In this document: positions 16,401 to 27,376 of the stretch, in pieces
Layout of the letters: each line of letters opens with the position of its first letter
Position numbering within the stretch: the first letter of the stretch is position 1
Assembly: GCA_032718475.1 (NCBI GenBank)
Contig: JAUCBJ010003286.1
Coordinates: 19,030-83,029 of the forward strand
Length of the DNA: 64,000 nt
Direction of reading: 5' to 3'
Source of the DNA: Nemertoderma westbladi
Lineage: Eukaryota > Animalia > Xenacoelomorpha
Notes under the pieces: model-generated
Databases searched by the model: none
The model's input: the letters and a program-made list of their open reading frames with translations, nothing else
Told to the model about the DNA's origin: nothing
Position numbers and translations under genes: made by a program

Positions 16401-16479
16401 GATCTGGTAACTGATAGGGAAGTGTTGAGTGTAATCTTTCTGGGAGGTTTGGTGTGATCATGTAAGTATAAGTTCATCG

Positions 16480-16720
16480 ATCTACATTATCACTGGGGAC
16501 AAATACTAGTATGTGTCGGTCTGCACTACAGCAGGTACTCCTTTCATTGATTTTGAAATCCCCAGCAGAAACTTCATCCATCGTTATTTAAATTCTCATT
16601 TTCCACCACTTCAAGTACAGTAACATTGCAAGTGTCAATATTGATGTCTGACTGGTAATTTAACAATTTCTCGAACACAGCCTTCCATTCATTAACTGAT
16701 GATTCGGCTTAAACTTTTGA
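16480..16720 (-). mobile_element. Highly decayed LINE relic (region upstream of RT)
   Basis: The minus strand reads NEWKAVFEKLLN then, after a frameshift, ITMDEV, resembling the W..F..LLN...IT..EV tether of APE-type LINEs. Many stops. Confidence 0.3.
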
Positions 16721-17215
16721 AGATTATGATTTTCGTTGGGCACAGCAGAGCAAATTCGTCAGTGATGTCCAAATGGGAATGAAGCGGTTACCTCTGATTC
16801 TTCCAAAGAAATGACTTTGGAAGATGACCAACTCTTCCGTTCTGAAGTTTACCGCGATGCTTCTATTTATTCTTCTGAAGATTTCTTGCAGTCCATAATT
16901 CCTTAAATTGCAGTAGATGATGATAGAGAATGTTTGATAATTTAATTGCCGTTGATTTTCTGAACTTTTTTTTTATATCTCCCGAAACTTTACAAATCCA
17001 TTATTTTCCTTTGGGGTTGGGTGAATTTTCAGATCTATATATAAAATAAACATTGTTCACTTTATGGAATCCGATATTGTCCACCGAAACCTCAGTTTCC
17101 TGAATTTACTGAGAAATAGTTACGGGGTTTGCTTAGGAACTGTTCCCTACTACGCAGATATTTAACGTTATTATTTTTACTAAATAGACCATAATAATTA
17201 GTAATAATAGCTAAT

Positions 17216-17683
17216 ATGTCTTTAAAGAAACAAGGAACAATGGATCTCACTGCAAAGGAAGGCATTAAGTATCTCAAAAGATCTGGTAAACACCATCTGT
17301 TAAAGATTCAAGGACTGAAGTCGCTATCAGTAGGTGTTGGAGGATCGCAGACTAAGCCGAGTAAGCCTTCATTGACTAAAGGCAAAGCCAAACCCAAGTT
17401 GGTGAAACAGTCTACCATAGCGGCCACTCAGGTTGCTTCAAACGCAATCCTTGGGAAAGAGAAGAATAAGATTCAAGCAAGTCGTTCAGCTACCAAAGTA
17501 GAGAAAAAAGCTGCTCTTAAAAGAACCAAAACTATGGCTGATACCAAGGCTGAAGCCAACGTTATTCTGGGGGGCCAGTTGGTGGGGGATTCGAGATCCC
17601 AGACGAAAACGTTGAAGAAGGTAGCGGCGAAAGCTGAGAAAAGACCAAAGAAGTCCAAAGGGTCAAAGGGGAAAAAAAAATAA
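17216..17683 (+). CDS. Lys-rich basic protein, 155 aa, with three copies of the same unassigned repeat (paralog B)
   Basis: The last ~102 codons are almost identical to paralog A (I count 7 substitutions, 6 synonymous). Distinct N-terminus MSLKKQGTMDLTAKEGIKYL. Confidence 0.8.
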   Translation: MSLKKQGTMDLTAKEGIKYLKRSGKHHLLKIQGLKSLSVGVGGSQTKPSKPSLTKGKAKPKLVKQSTIAATQVASNAILGKEKNKIQASRSATKVEKKAALKRTKTMADTKAEANVILGGQLVGDSRSQTKTLKKVAAKAEKRPKKSKGSKGKKK

Positions 17684-18234
17684 ACCATTGAAGGGAAATA
17701 TTCCTATTGGCTCTCTAAGTCTTACATGTAGTATTTATTCTTCTAGTTGTGACAATAATTAATGGCTTGTGTTAACGTTTGTTTTATTTATTCCGCGCAA
17801 ATTATCGTTAATATCATTACTACCAACAACTACTTAAATTTCCTACCGCTAGATTCAGTTGTTAATTTAAATTCTGTACAGTATATATAATATTTAAGAA
17901 AATTGGAAAGAATATTGGCAAAATTTTTTAAATTTGACCTTTCAAATTTTATTAAATATTTTCCCTAAAAATTTTGAAGATTTTATTCGAAAATGGAGGT
18001 AGAACAGAGTGATTATAAAAAATATAGAAATGTATATTGTCTTTTTTCACTGAATGACTTTACTTTGACTGGCTCATTCTAATCGCAATGGTCAACTTAG
18101 TGGGTCTAGACACCTTCAAAACAACAGTAAATTTGGTGTGAGTAAATATGTAATGAGGAAGGAGGTGAAATATTTTTATATTACTTGGAATCTCGTTAAG
18201 ATTTCCACTTCCGAAAAAGATGTCCAGTGCTGTT

Positions 18235-18930
18235 TATATTAATTCCATTGGATTCAACACCGTTATGAACCCGTATAGCAAAAGAAACAATATGATACTA
18301 CAGTATATATTGATCAAATTGCTTATTTTCCAAAATTTTGGCTGGCGCAACTTTCCTTTCACCTTTCACCCACCGCCAAAAAATACAAGTTTAATAATTC
18401 TTATGCAGTTTGTACCTATTCCATTGAATTCAGAACCCTCACAAACCATTATGACGCAAGTAACAAGATGACACAATCAATTGATATAGGCCTATGTGAT
18501 GGTTTCAAAATTTGGTGCCAGCACCAAATTTTGCACCAACTTCCGAATAATAGAAGTTTGAGATGTCTAATTAGATTTTCATTTAAATTCCATTGAATTC
18601 AGAACCAACAAAAACCTGTAAAATGTTATTCGTTTAAAGTATTGTATGTATTTTCAAAATTTCCGGCTGGCACCAAAATTTGCACTTAGCATCGAAAAAT
18701 ACAAGTTTGATATATGTGGTGCAACTCGTGTATATTCCATCGAAATCAGTACCCCGAAAACCCCTATTACGCAAAGAAAAAACAGGTCCACACAATCAAT
18801 TTACAATATTGACATATTTTCAAATTTTAGTGCTAGCACCAAATTTTGGCACCCGCAGAAGAAAACACATTTGACATTTCTAACTTATTTTATATGAATT
18901 CCAACTAATTGCGAACACCAAAAAACCAGA
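18235..18930. repeat. Diverged ~150-180-bp tandem repeat, about 5 units, probably transposon-internal
   Basis: ATTCCATTGAATTCAGAACC-like motif at ~18242, 18418, 18587, 18735 and 18898, alternating with TTTTCAAAATTT..GCACCAAA motifs. Confidence 0.65.
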
Positions 18931-19495
18931 GTAAATCAAAAATATAGAAGTTACTAATCATGTTTCATGAAAAGTAATTATCAAAAAATGTTTGAAAAAT
19001 AGTGCAAAGAGTAGGGGGTTAAATATGGTGCTAATAACTCGAAAAGTTCCCCATATATTTTTAAGAGCCGTTTTCACTATTAGGAAGACAATTGATTTTT
19101 TTTCACAATTTAGGAGTTATAACAAAAAAAAAATAAGGACATATGATATAGGCCAATTAGGTATGTAGGCCCCTACTATTTAATATGTTTTGCGTTTTAA
19201 ATTTTAAAAAGGATTTTGGGTTCCATTTTGTTTACCTTTGATTTATCAAGTCTTTTGTGAGTTTAGTAGGACCGATTATGTAACTATACACTTATTTAAA
19301 TAATACGTTATAGAATATTGCGTATTTAAGAAATAGAATGTTGAAATAGTTAGCATCCAGCAAAATATATTTTTTGTAATTTTTAGACGCATATCTCTGC
19401 AGTTTCTCATCGAAACTCGGACATTGTTAATTAAAATTTGGAATCAAAGAATAGAAAATAAAAAGCTTATAAAAAGTTGGAGGGGAAATAAAATA

Positions 19496-19840
19496 CACCA
19501 TGCCCCGGAATGTAGTGTCGTAATTCAATGACACGATCCCCCACCCCCCCCCCCCCCCCCCCCCAAATTTTTCTACAAATCGTAATGGGATTGCATGAAA
19601 TTTGAAACAGAGATAGTTCCACCTCCCGACCACTTATTTGGTAAGCCATAATTCGCAGTTATTATTCACCTTATAGCTGTTTGTTGGAAAGCTGGCCGTG
19701 CAAGACCATCCAAATATGCAACACAATCTGAATTTCGTTGAAAAATTACTGAGATATGGGCGTAAAAGTTGCATGGTTTTGCGACTGCGCGAGGCTATTT
19801 TATTCTATTAAATAAAATCACCATATTCTAGAACATTTTG
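19496..19840 (+). mobile_element. Single arm of the TA-target MITE family also found in the GBE1 intron
   Basis: TA|CACCATGCCCCGGAATGTAGTGTCG, a poly-C run, then GATTGCATGAAATTTGAAACAGAGATAGTT. Collinear with 48928-49445 and with the reverse complement of 49625-50104. Confidence 0.75.
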
Positions 19841-20540
19841 TTAATACATGGTGGATAGTTCAACATGGTAGAACATGGTTGAACAAGTTGTGTTTAAATT
19901 AAAAAAAAATTATAAAGGATTAATAAAAAGCCAGTATGTTATGGGTCATGGTGAATGTGTGAATTTACTGTAACAAGTATTGTCTGGGAAACTGAAATTA
20001 ATTCGAGAGCAATAAATAATATTGTAATTTATTATATTTACAACAAGGCGTTAGTAAATAGTTAAACTATCTACAAGTAAATAGTTATACTATACAGTGG
20101 CACTAGTTATTAAACAACGCATGGGCCTGCCCAATACTTAAATACACAATAATAGGGCTACGGAGGTTATGGATCTACATTCCCTTGAATTCTGGACGAA
20201 AAACTAACAAAGAAAACTTCTAAGTTGAAAATCCGGTCCCTGAGTTAAGGCCCGTTCAGAGATACAAAATATTGGAAAGCTCAATAACAGGGCAATCGGT
20301 ATTGTTTCGATACTCGTACCTACCCTTTCGAATTTTTTTATACTAGCTAGTTTTATTACATATAATTTTATTACTAGCTAAATACAATTTTTTGTATTTA
20401 CAATGTTCTAGAACAAGTCTCCTTGATATTATACATTCAAATTAACATCAAAATATGATGCCATAAATTTTCCAAAAATGGGGCCCAAGGCAACACTACT
20501 CTAATGCCTTTGCTACTTTTTTAAAATGTTCGGAAACAGT

Positions 20541-21146
20541 TCCGTATGCAGTCGCATTTTTATAACATAATTCATTGTTACCATGGCAACATTGTAGAGT
20601 TCTAGAACAAAATATAATTATTATACACTATTCTAGAACATGAATTAAATAAAAAATATAATGTGCTAGAAAATATAGCTAGTCATTTTTCAAACTTAAA
20701 ATGGCTAGTAATTAACAAAAACTACGTTTTTATAACATAAATCATTGTTACCCTGCAAAAAAATGTAAACTGCTATAATATCCACAATATTTTTTGTCAT
20801 TAATATATTCTGCATCAGTTTAAACATGAAATATCAATGTTTTCACAATTTTTTATAATTACAATAAATACTCAGTAAATAAACACTAGCTACCATAAAA
20901 AACATATCTACTAATGTTATAATGTTTTAGAAACAAAAAAATTGCAGTATTTTAAGAAATTTCAAAAAAAATGTTAATATATAATAAATCATGTTTTCAA
21001 AATTACTAGCTAGTCGATTAGCTAATGTTCTAGAACACAATATTTTTTTGAAAATTGTTGCAATGAAGTCAGTGGTGATATTACTATGCTAAAATTACAT
21101 CATTTCATTAATTAATATCAAAATATCAAATGCGACTGCATACGGA
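20541..21146. mobile_element. MITE with 19-bp perfect inverted repeats
   Basis: TCCGTATGCAGTCGCATTT (20541-20559) and AAATGCGACTGCATACGGA (21128-21146). Confidence 0.65.
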
Positions 21147-21264
21147 GCTCTAGGCAAATGTTCTAGAATATGTTAGCCATTTAATTTAAAAAACAGTTGT
21201 TCTAGAACAAATTCTTCTGGAACATTTTTAAAACACAACTTTAAAATAATGTTGATGAAATATA

Positions 21265-21957
21265 AATACCTGAGTGTTTAAAGTTCATCTATCCCATCAT
21301 AGTAGACATGTACCGAACAACAAGAGTCCCACAAGAAATGAAAACAAATAAGTTGGTGCCAGTTCCCAAGAAGGGCAACCTAACATTCTATGGTTCTTTT
21401 CGGGGAATTTCATTGATCTCTTTCCAGGATTTGGAAGTGACTGAGAATTAATCGGAAACTTAAGGTCCGATTATTTAGAGCAGCAGTAGTTCCAGTACTC
21501 CTCTACGGGAGCCCATGCTGGGCTCTAACTGCTGAGGACACCAAATCTCTGGATGGCACATTCACAAGAATGCTACGCCGGTTCATTGTGTCAAGTACAA
21601 TGCACACATATCCAACCAGACACTATATAACATTGGAGGTGTCTCATTGGTTCCCCCAAGCTTGACAATAGAACAAAATCGCCTCCGCTTTGCAGGACAT
21701 TGCTTTCGCCGTGAGGACAAGCCAGTGCATAATCTTGTACTTTGGAAGCCTCATGGAGTGAATAAGCATGGTGGACAGCCCATGACTTTCTTGAGACGCA
21801 TCTTAAAGGACACTGGCCTTGAAGATGCGGATGATCTAGCAAATGTCATGGGTGATAGGGAGTTGTGGCGGCGCAATTTTGTCGACAAGCCGGCACAACA
21901 TTCTTAAAAATGCAGCTGCAATGCAGCATGCCGATCCTAGTAGTAGTAGTAGTAGTA
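21265..21957 (+). mobile_element. RTE-clade LINE, 5'-truncated and internally deleted, with a (TAG)n tail
   Basis: LVPVPKKGNL...FRGISLIS is fused to KLKVRLFRAAVVPVLLYGS..W, followed by RLRFAGHCFR...MGDRELWR*. (TAG)n tail at ~21938-21958; 11-bp TSD GATGAAATATA at 21254-21264 and 21958-21968. Confidence 0.9.
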
Positions 21958-22184
21958 GATGAAATATATAGTTACTCAGACAGCTGAGACCGCGTTGGGT
22001 TTTAGTATACAGCAGCGCTGAGCTACATACTGAGCTGAGAGTTAAATAACCAAGCAGTGTTCGTTGAAAAGGGTACGAAAAACTTTCACGGAAAAGTGAA
22101 TCTCTGAACCGGCCTTCTTAACAATTTCATCCTTTTTGTGATTTTCAATCACACTACAGTAACAGAACTACCGGTACCTTACAA

Positions 22185-22706
22185 ATGGATTCCTATGATG
22201 ATTTGCTAACAAAGAAGACCTTCGCTGTTCAAGTAGGAACGACTGCGGCCGCTTTCGCATTAGGTGATGTTTTAGCGCAGACCATTGAAGGTGGCCATCT
22301 CGATGTAGAACGTTTGTTTTACAGCACGCTATTAGGCGCCTTTATCGGAGGACCAATCCTTTACTATTGGCTGCAGTTTTTATTCAAACAATTCCGTGAC
22401 GAGAACGACAGAATGCTCCGAGGACTCAAGATGATGCTCCTGGAACAGGTGTTCTTCGTGCCGATGTGCATCGCCGTATATCTGACGATGAAACACGTAA
22501 CCACCAACGGACTAACAGTTGACATTCCTCACGAGAAGACCGCCCGTATTGAGTTCCTGGATCTGCTCATCATACACTACATGTTTTGGCCGCTGGTGCA
22601 GTTCGTAAATTTTTCTCTGGTTCAGCCGCAACGCCACCATCTGTACATGATAGCCGTTGGACTACTGTGGAACACATTCACCGCCTGGAAAACAAACCGC
22701 TTATAA
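22185..22706 (+). CDS. Mpv17/PMP22 family membrane protein, intronless, 173 aa
   Basis: GDVLAQ, GPILYYW, KMMLLEQVFFVP and FWPLVQFVNFSLV...LLWNTF match Mpv17/PMP22 signatures. AATAAA at ~22845. Confidence 0.92.
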   Translation: MDSYDDLLTKKTFAVQVGTTAAAFALGDVLAQTIEGGHLDVERLFYSTLLGAFIGGPILYYWLQFLFKQFRDENDRMLRGLKMMLLEQVFFVPMCIAVYLTMKHVTTNGLTVDIPHEKTARIEFLDLLIIHYMFWPLVQFVNFSLVQPQRHHLYMIAVGLLWNTFTAWKTNRL

Positions 22707-23061
22707 TGAGAAACCCAGTTACACCAAGGCAACTACCATGGCATTAATAAGTATAGCCTTGGTACCAAAATTGTGATTGTATTATATATGTGTTTTATAT
22801 GTGTTATAATTTGTTTCAGAACATAGTAGGACCTTCCAACAATATAATAAAAGGAAATTGTTTTGCTATAATAACAATTTATTTTACAAAAAAAAGTAAC
22901 ATTTTTTGTCCGACTTTATAATCCGCATTTTAATGGAAAATTTTAATATGACATTTTCTGGTCTCATCTTTTGTTTTATGTTTCATTTATTGTTCCAGAA
23001 CATGTTAGCTATTAATTTTTAAAAATAATTATGTTCTAGAACAAATATTTTTTGTTCTAGA

Positions 23062-23231
23062 ACATTTTTTAGAAGAAATCGGGATTCTACTTCAAACGCG
23101 GAATAGTTTTAGAACGTGTTTAAAGTCTTTATAAAATTTTTGAAAGTTTTTTGTATTGATTTTATTTTTTAAACACGTTTAAAACGATTCCCTGCCTTTT
23201 AATTAGAATGCAGATTTTTTCTAAAAAATGT
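23062..23231. repeat. Imperfect ~170-bp fold-back (small MITE-like hairpin)
   Basis: ACATTTTTTAGAAGAAATC...AACGTGTTTAAA is inverted to TTTAAACACGTT...GATTTTTTCTAAAAAATGT. Confidence 0.55.
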
Positions 23232-23866
23232 GCTGTGTTGACAAAGTGTGCTGACATGTTCTGAAAAATTTTTTCTATACAAATAGTAATAAGAGCTAGC
23301 TACTACAAAATATTTATAGAAGGAAGTAGGATGTCGGAACCAGTGTCGAAATTACTAGCTAAACCTATCTAAAACACTAGCTACCATAAAATTTAGCACA
23401 ATATTTTTTCTTGTCCGTTGAAATCACTCATTGTGTCCTCTGATTTTGACTTTTTACGAAAACAATTATTAAAATCAATCCAAAAATGTTCCATTTTTGT
23501 TTATACATACCACAGTAATGCCAAGCATATTATTACTTTAAAATGCTTTTACTATTTCGAGGAAATGCAGAATATAATGAGGACAAAAAAAACTTTATTT
23601 TTGTAATAAAAGATGCAGTTTTCTATAAAATTTACACTTTTGAATTAGAAGTTTAAAGTAACAAAGGTTTAGGTCAATTCTGCGCCAATGTGTAATTAAA
23701 TGATACTAGAGCTATGATATACTAGCAGCTATACTTTGTGAGTGAAGATGATATTCCAGAACGTTAATCAAATAATTAAACCAAAAATTTGATTTATCTA
23801 GCTACTGGAGCAAAAGATCCTACAACTAAACATGTTAATACTAAATTTATTAATAATTACCAAATA

Positions 23867-25404
23867 CACCATCTCCCTTTATAGGGCCTACAACGACCAT
23901 TTTTAGGGGGTCGCCCCCCCCCCCCCCTAATTTCTTTCAAATTTAAATAAAATGCTACGAAATTTGGTATGATGAAAGTTAGATAACTTTTCTTACTGCT
24001 GGCAGAGCCGGATTTTTAATTTCTGAGCTATTTCGATACAACAAGGCGTTAAAAATCGCCCTTTTTTGCAATATTTAGCCATCGGTTATATTTTTCTTCT
24101 TTTGAGTGTAATCGCGATATCATGAGAACCGCCTTATTCATCTGCAGATTCCGAATCTGAAGACCATCTTGAATTTCACCAAAAGTAGCCGGAGATATTA
24201 TTAAAATACTAAGGTGTAAATATTGAGACGTCAATCGCTATAATCCAAACGTTTTTTGTCTTTATTTCTAGAATATTAATTATCCTCTATTATCCCCATT
24301 GCTCTAATAACTTCTCACTCTCATTCTTGTTTCTTCATTACGCGTAATTAATATTCTAGAATAGAGTAATAACTATTTACATACTTGTGTGTAAAGTAGC
24401 ACTTACAGTGTGATGATCCGAGTGTCAGAGGATCAGAACACTGTAAAGTACTTTTCAACAAATATGTATGTAGTTTTATTCTAAAATTGTTATTAAACAT
24501 TACGATATGATTGCATATATATTATAAGTGATAGAAACTGCACAAATTAAATTAGTTGCTGTATAAATAAATGTGAAAGTGAGATAAATTATGTTATAAA
24601 TAAGTTAGCTTATATTTCTTCGCGGCGTTTGGAGCCATGTTATAATAATATAGCTAGGCCCTACTGGTTATTAATACAGTAGATATACCCCGCCTACAGG
24701 TAGGTATTGCAGTAGGCCTATCTGGCTGTCAGTCAAATTTCCACCTATTGTTTACGTGGTAACCATTCACGCCGTAACTTTATTACAGCTCGCCGTCATT
24801 GGTTACTACATAAACATGGGACATTACAACACCCACTACAATACTAATTGTACAGGCCAATACAATGCTGTAATGTCTTCTAAGGTTGTAAAGTGCTAAA
24901 TAACAACTCGCTGTTAATACTAACGGCGTTGAGTAATGTTACAATTTTGGAATAAAAAAACATTAGAATTATAGAGATTTACATCTTAAAATTTACACTA
25001 ATAAATATAATACTACACATAATACCTTTAGCAATTTTGGTGAAGTTTAAAACTGTTTTCAGATTCGGAATCGGCAGATGAAGGCGGTTCTAATGATATC
25101 TAGATTACTGTACATTCAAAAGACGAAAAATAAAGCCAACAGAGATGGTTAAATATTGTTACAAAGGCATTCTTAACGGCTTGTTGAATAGAGATTGCTT
25201 AGGAATTGAATTCCCTGCTCTGCCAGCAGAAATAAAAGTTGTCGAAATATCATCATAACATATTTTGTAGTATATGATTACTACTACTACTACTAATACT
25301 AGGTCGAGCGAACTCGGACAAGTATATGATGGAAAGTTTAAAAAAAAATAAGGGAAAAAAAGCTCCGACTCGCTAAAATTGTTGTTGTATTAAGGGAGAT
25401 GGTG
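23867..25404. mobile_element. Non-autonomous DNA transposon with long diverged TIRs and a TA target duplication
   Basis: TA|CACCATCTCCCTT ... AAGGGAGATGGTG|TA. Inverted similarity continues for ~300 bp (e.g. CATCTGCAGATTCCGAATCTGAA versus TTCAGATTCGGAATCGGCAGATG). Confidence 0.85.
25279..25320 (-). mobile_element. 42-bp extremely 5'-truncated retroposon insertion with a (TAG)n tail
   Basis: (CTA)n on the plus strand, flanked by the 10-bp TSD AGTATATGAT (25269-25278 and 25321-25330), inside the right TIR of the element above. Confidence 0.7.
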
Positions 25405-26892
25405 TACATAAAAATCACATAAAAGACATACAAAAAGTCAAAGTCAGTTTTGGTACTCTGGCAATACTAATGCCCTTGCAATGTAGGTTGAATCAATAAT
25501 TTAACAATCACACGTAATTGACTGTAAATTGCACGTAGCAATGTAAATACTTTTGTAATTTCTCACGTAATGTTTATTCATTCAATATTAAACAAATGAA
25601 TCAAGAAAAATTGATTGTAGTGTAATTTAATAATCAAACAAGCAAGTTAAAACAAATCTTAACTGGCAAGTATTTACAAAAGTACAGTTCTACAAATGTA
25701 CGTATGATGTGTTGCTTGTCGTAAGTGGCCTACGCCTAAGGTTGTATGCAATCAGTAATCAATTAGCGGCAGTCAGTCCATCAGTAGCTGTGTCGCCCTA
25801 CAGAAGGCTTGGGCTTGATGAAAGGGCCGAGCGCCCGATAATGGCAATAAAGTGAAACCCCAAAGAATAATGGTAAATTAGTAATGCAATGAATTGAAAC
25901 GTGACAACCTGGGCAGTAGCACTACAAACTGAAGCAATCGCATTTCTGTTTGTTAATGGAACACATTTATATTTTTTTATAGAATTTGCAGTAGTGGGGT
26001 GCCTCGGAATTATTTAGAAATGCTTAATAAACAGCCCAGGCCGCCAGTCAGTCAGTCAATATTATGTATTGGGATTGCTGCGGTGCATTGTGGTTATGCA
26101 CAAAATATTGCACTGCTTGAGCACAACATCCTGGTTATGTCTGACCCATTACGCAAATACTTGATGGTGTGTCTTAGTATGGGGGCAGCTTCGGGGATAT
26201 TGACTGGAGAAAGAGTCTAATGCCACGGTTAACAAAAATAGTTTATATTTATACGTCCATATCATTTTCACGGACGTTTTCAGTAAATATATTGAAATAT
26301 ATACAACAATGAAATACAATTTATAGAAAGGATGGGATGGGAATGCGTAGGAAAAGGTATTGCGAGCTAGCGGGGAATACTGTGGATAACTACGACGCAC
26401 CCCGGCAACCACACGTTGACTACCTGAAGTTCTCCCGGTTGTGCGAAAACTATGAAATTTATTAACTATTTTATAAATTTTAATAAACTATTTAAAATAA
26501 TAACTATTTATAAACTTACGCCAGCCGGTTCAAGCAGAGCGCGATTGGCACAAGTGTGTAATGCTGTTTCAATGTGGTCAGTTACTACGATTTAATTGAT
26601 TCCAGCCCGCCCTCAGCGGCTCGGCCTTTTATAAAAGCCACCCATAACGGGCTAAATCTTCCGATTGATTGCAACTTAATATATTATTATTACAAAGTAA
26701 CAAGGTTCATTATTTAATTAAGGAATTAATAAGGTTTGATGGGTTCTCATGCTCAATTGACAATTGAATGAAGTAACTCCCAAATATACTACAAACCCGT
26801 TCTAAATTATCGTTTTTGCTCATTGGGTCAAAAGCGGGCGGTAGCATCAATTGAGTGGGGAGCTTGGATTGCTTTAGATCATTCTCACGTAG

Positions 26893-27376
26893 ATAGTTCG
26901 TTTCGTTATGTATAATATAAAAGGAATTAATTTGAAAGCAGCAGCTTGGTCTAGTGGTGACATTACTGTGCTTCCGATTAGGGAGCCCGGGTTCGATCCC
27001 TAAATGGGGCAGCACTGTTTGGGCACAGTGCTTTAAATGCTGCAGCCTAGCCCAACCCCGGCTTTCATCCTTCAGTGGTCGATAAATGGGAACCAAGGCA
27101 ACTTGGGAAACAGAGTGGTGGGGTTTACTGTGGAAGATCACCCATGGTGGTGAACAGGCATTCCTTGGCTTAACGAGCCTAAAAGATTCTCCCATTCAAA
27201 AGGAATTAATTAATTATTATACTGTTATAGTTCAATTGAATCTTACTCTATGCAATTACAGAGTTATCTTACTGTCTTAGGTATCCAGATTATTGACAAT
27301 GTTGGCACTTAGCCTTTGAAATATATTTATAAGTTTTTACATATCCTTTTATATTATACATAACGAAACGAACTAT
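26893..27376. mobile_element. MITE with 33-bp perfect TIRs, hosting a SINE
   Basis: ATAGTTCGTTTCGTTATGTATAATATAAAAGGA (26893-26925) and its exact reverse complement (27344-27376). Confidence 0.8.
26933..27197 (+). mobile_element. tRNA-derived SINE
   Basis: A-box-like TGGTCTAGTGG, B-box GGTTCGATCC, core CCCAACCCCGGCTTTCATCCTTCAGTGGTCGATAAATGGGAACC, and a 14-bp TSD AAAAGGAATTAATT (26919-26932 and 27198-27211). Confidence 0.85.

Noticed and set aside
8983-22706. Functional cluster of NT5M and Mpv17 (mitochondrial dNTP pools), with RBKS further on
   Set aside because: The genes are far apart with unrelated genes between them, the nucleotidase lacks a clear presequence, and orthology to MPV17 proper is not established.
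22695-22706. C-terminal NRL as a peroxisomal PTS1
   Set aside because: Non-canonical tripeptide, and multi-pass membrane proteins do not use PTS1.
25717-25907. Solo LTR or minimal hammerhead (TTGATGAAAGGGC-CGAGC-GCCCGATA)
   Set aside because: No TSD around the TG...CA ends, and the catalytic core deviates from CUGANGA/GAAA.
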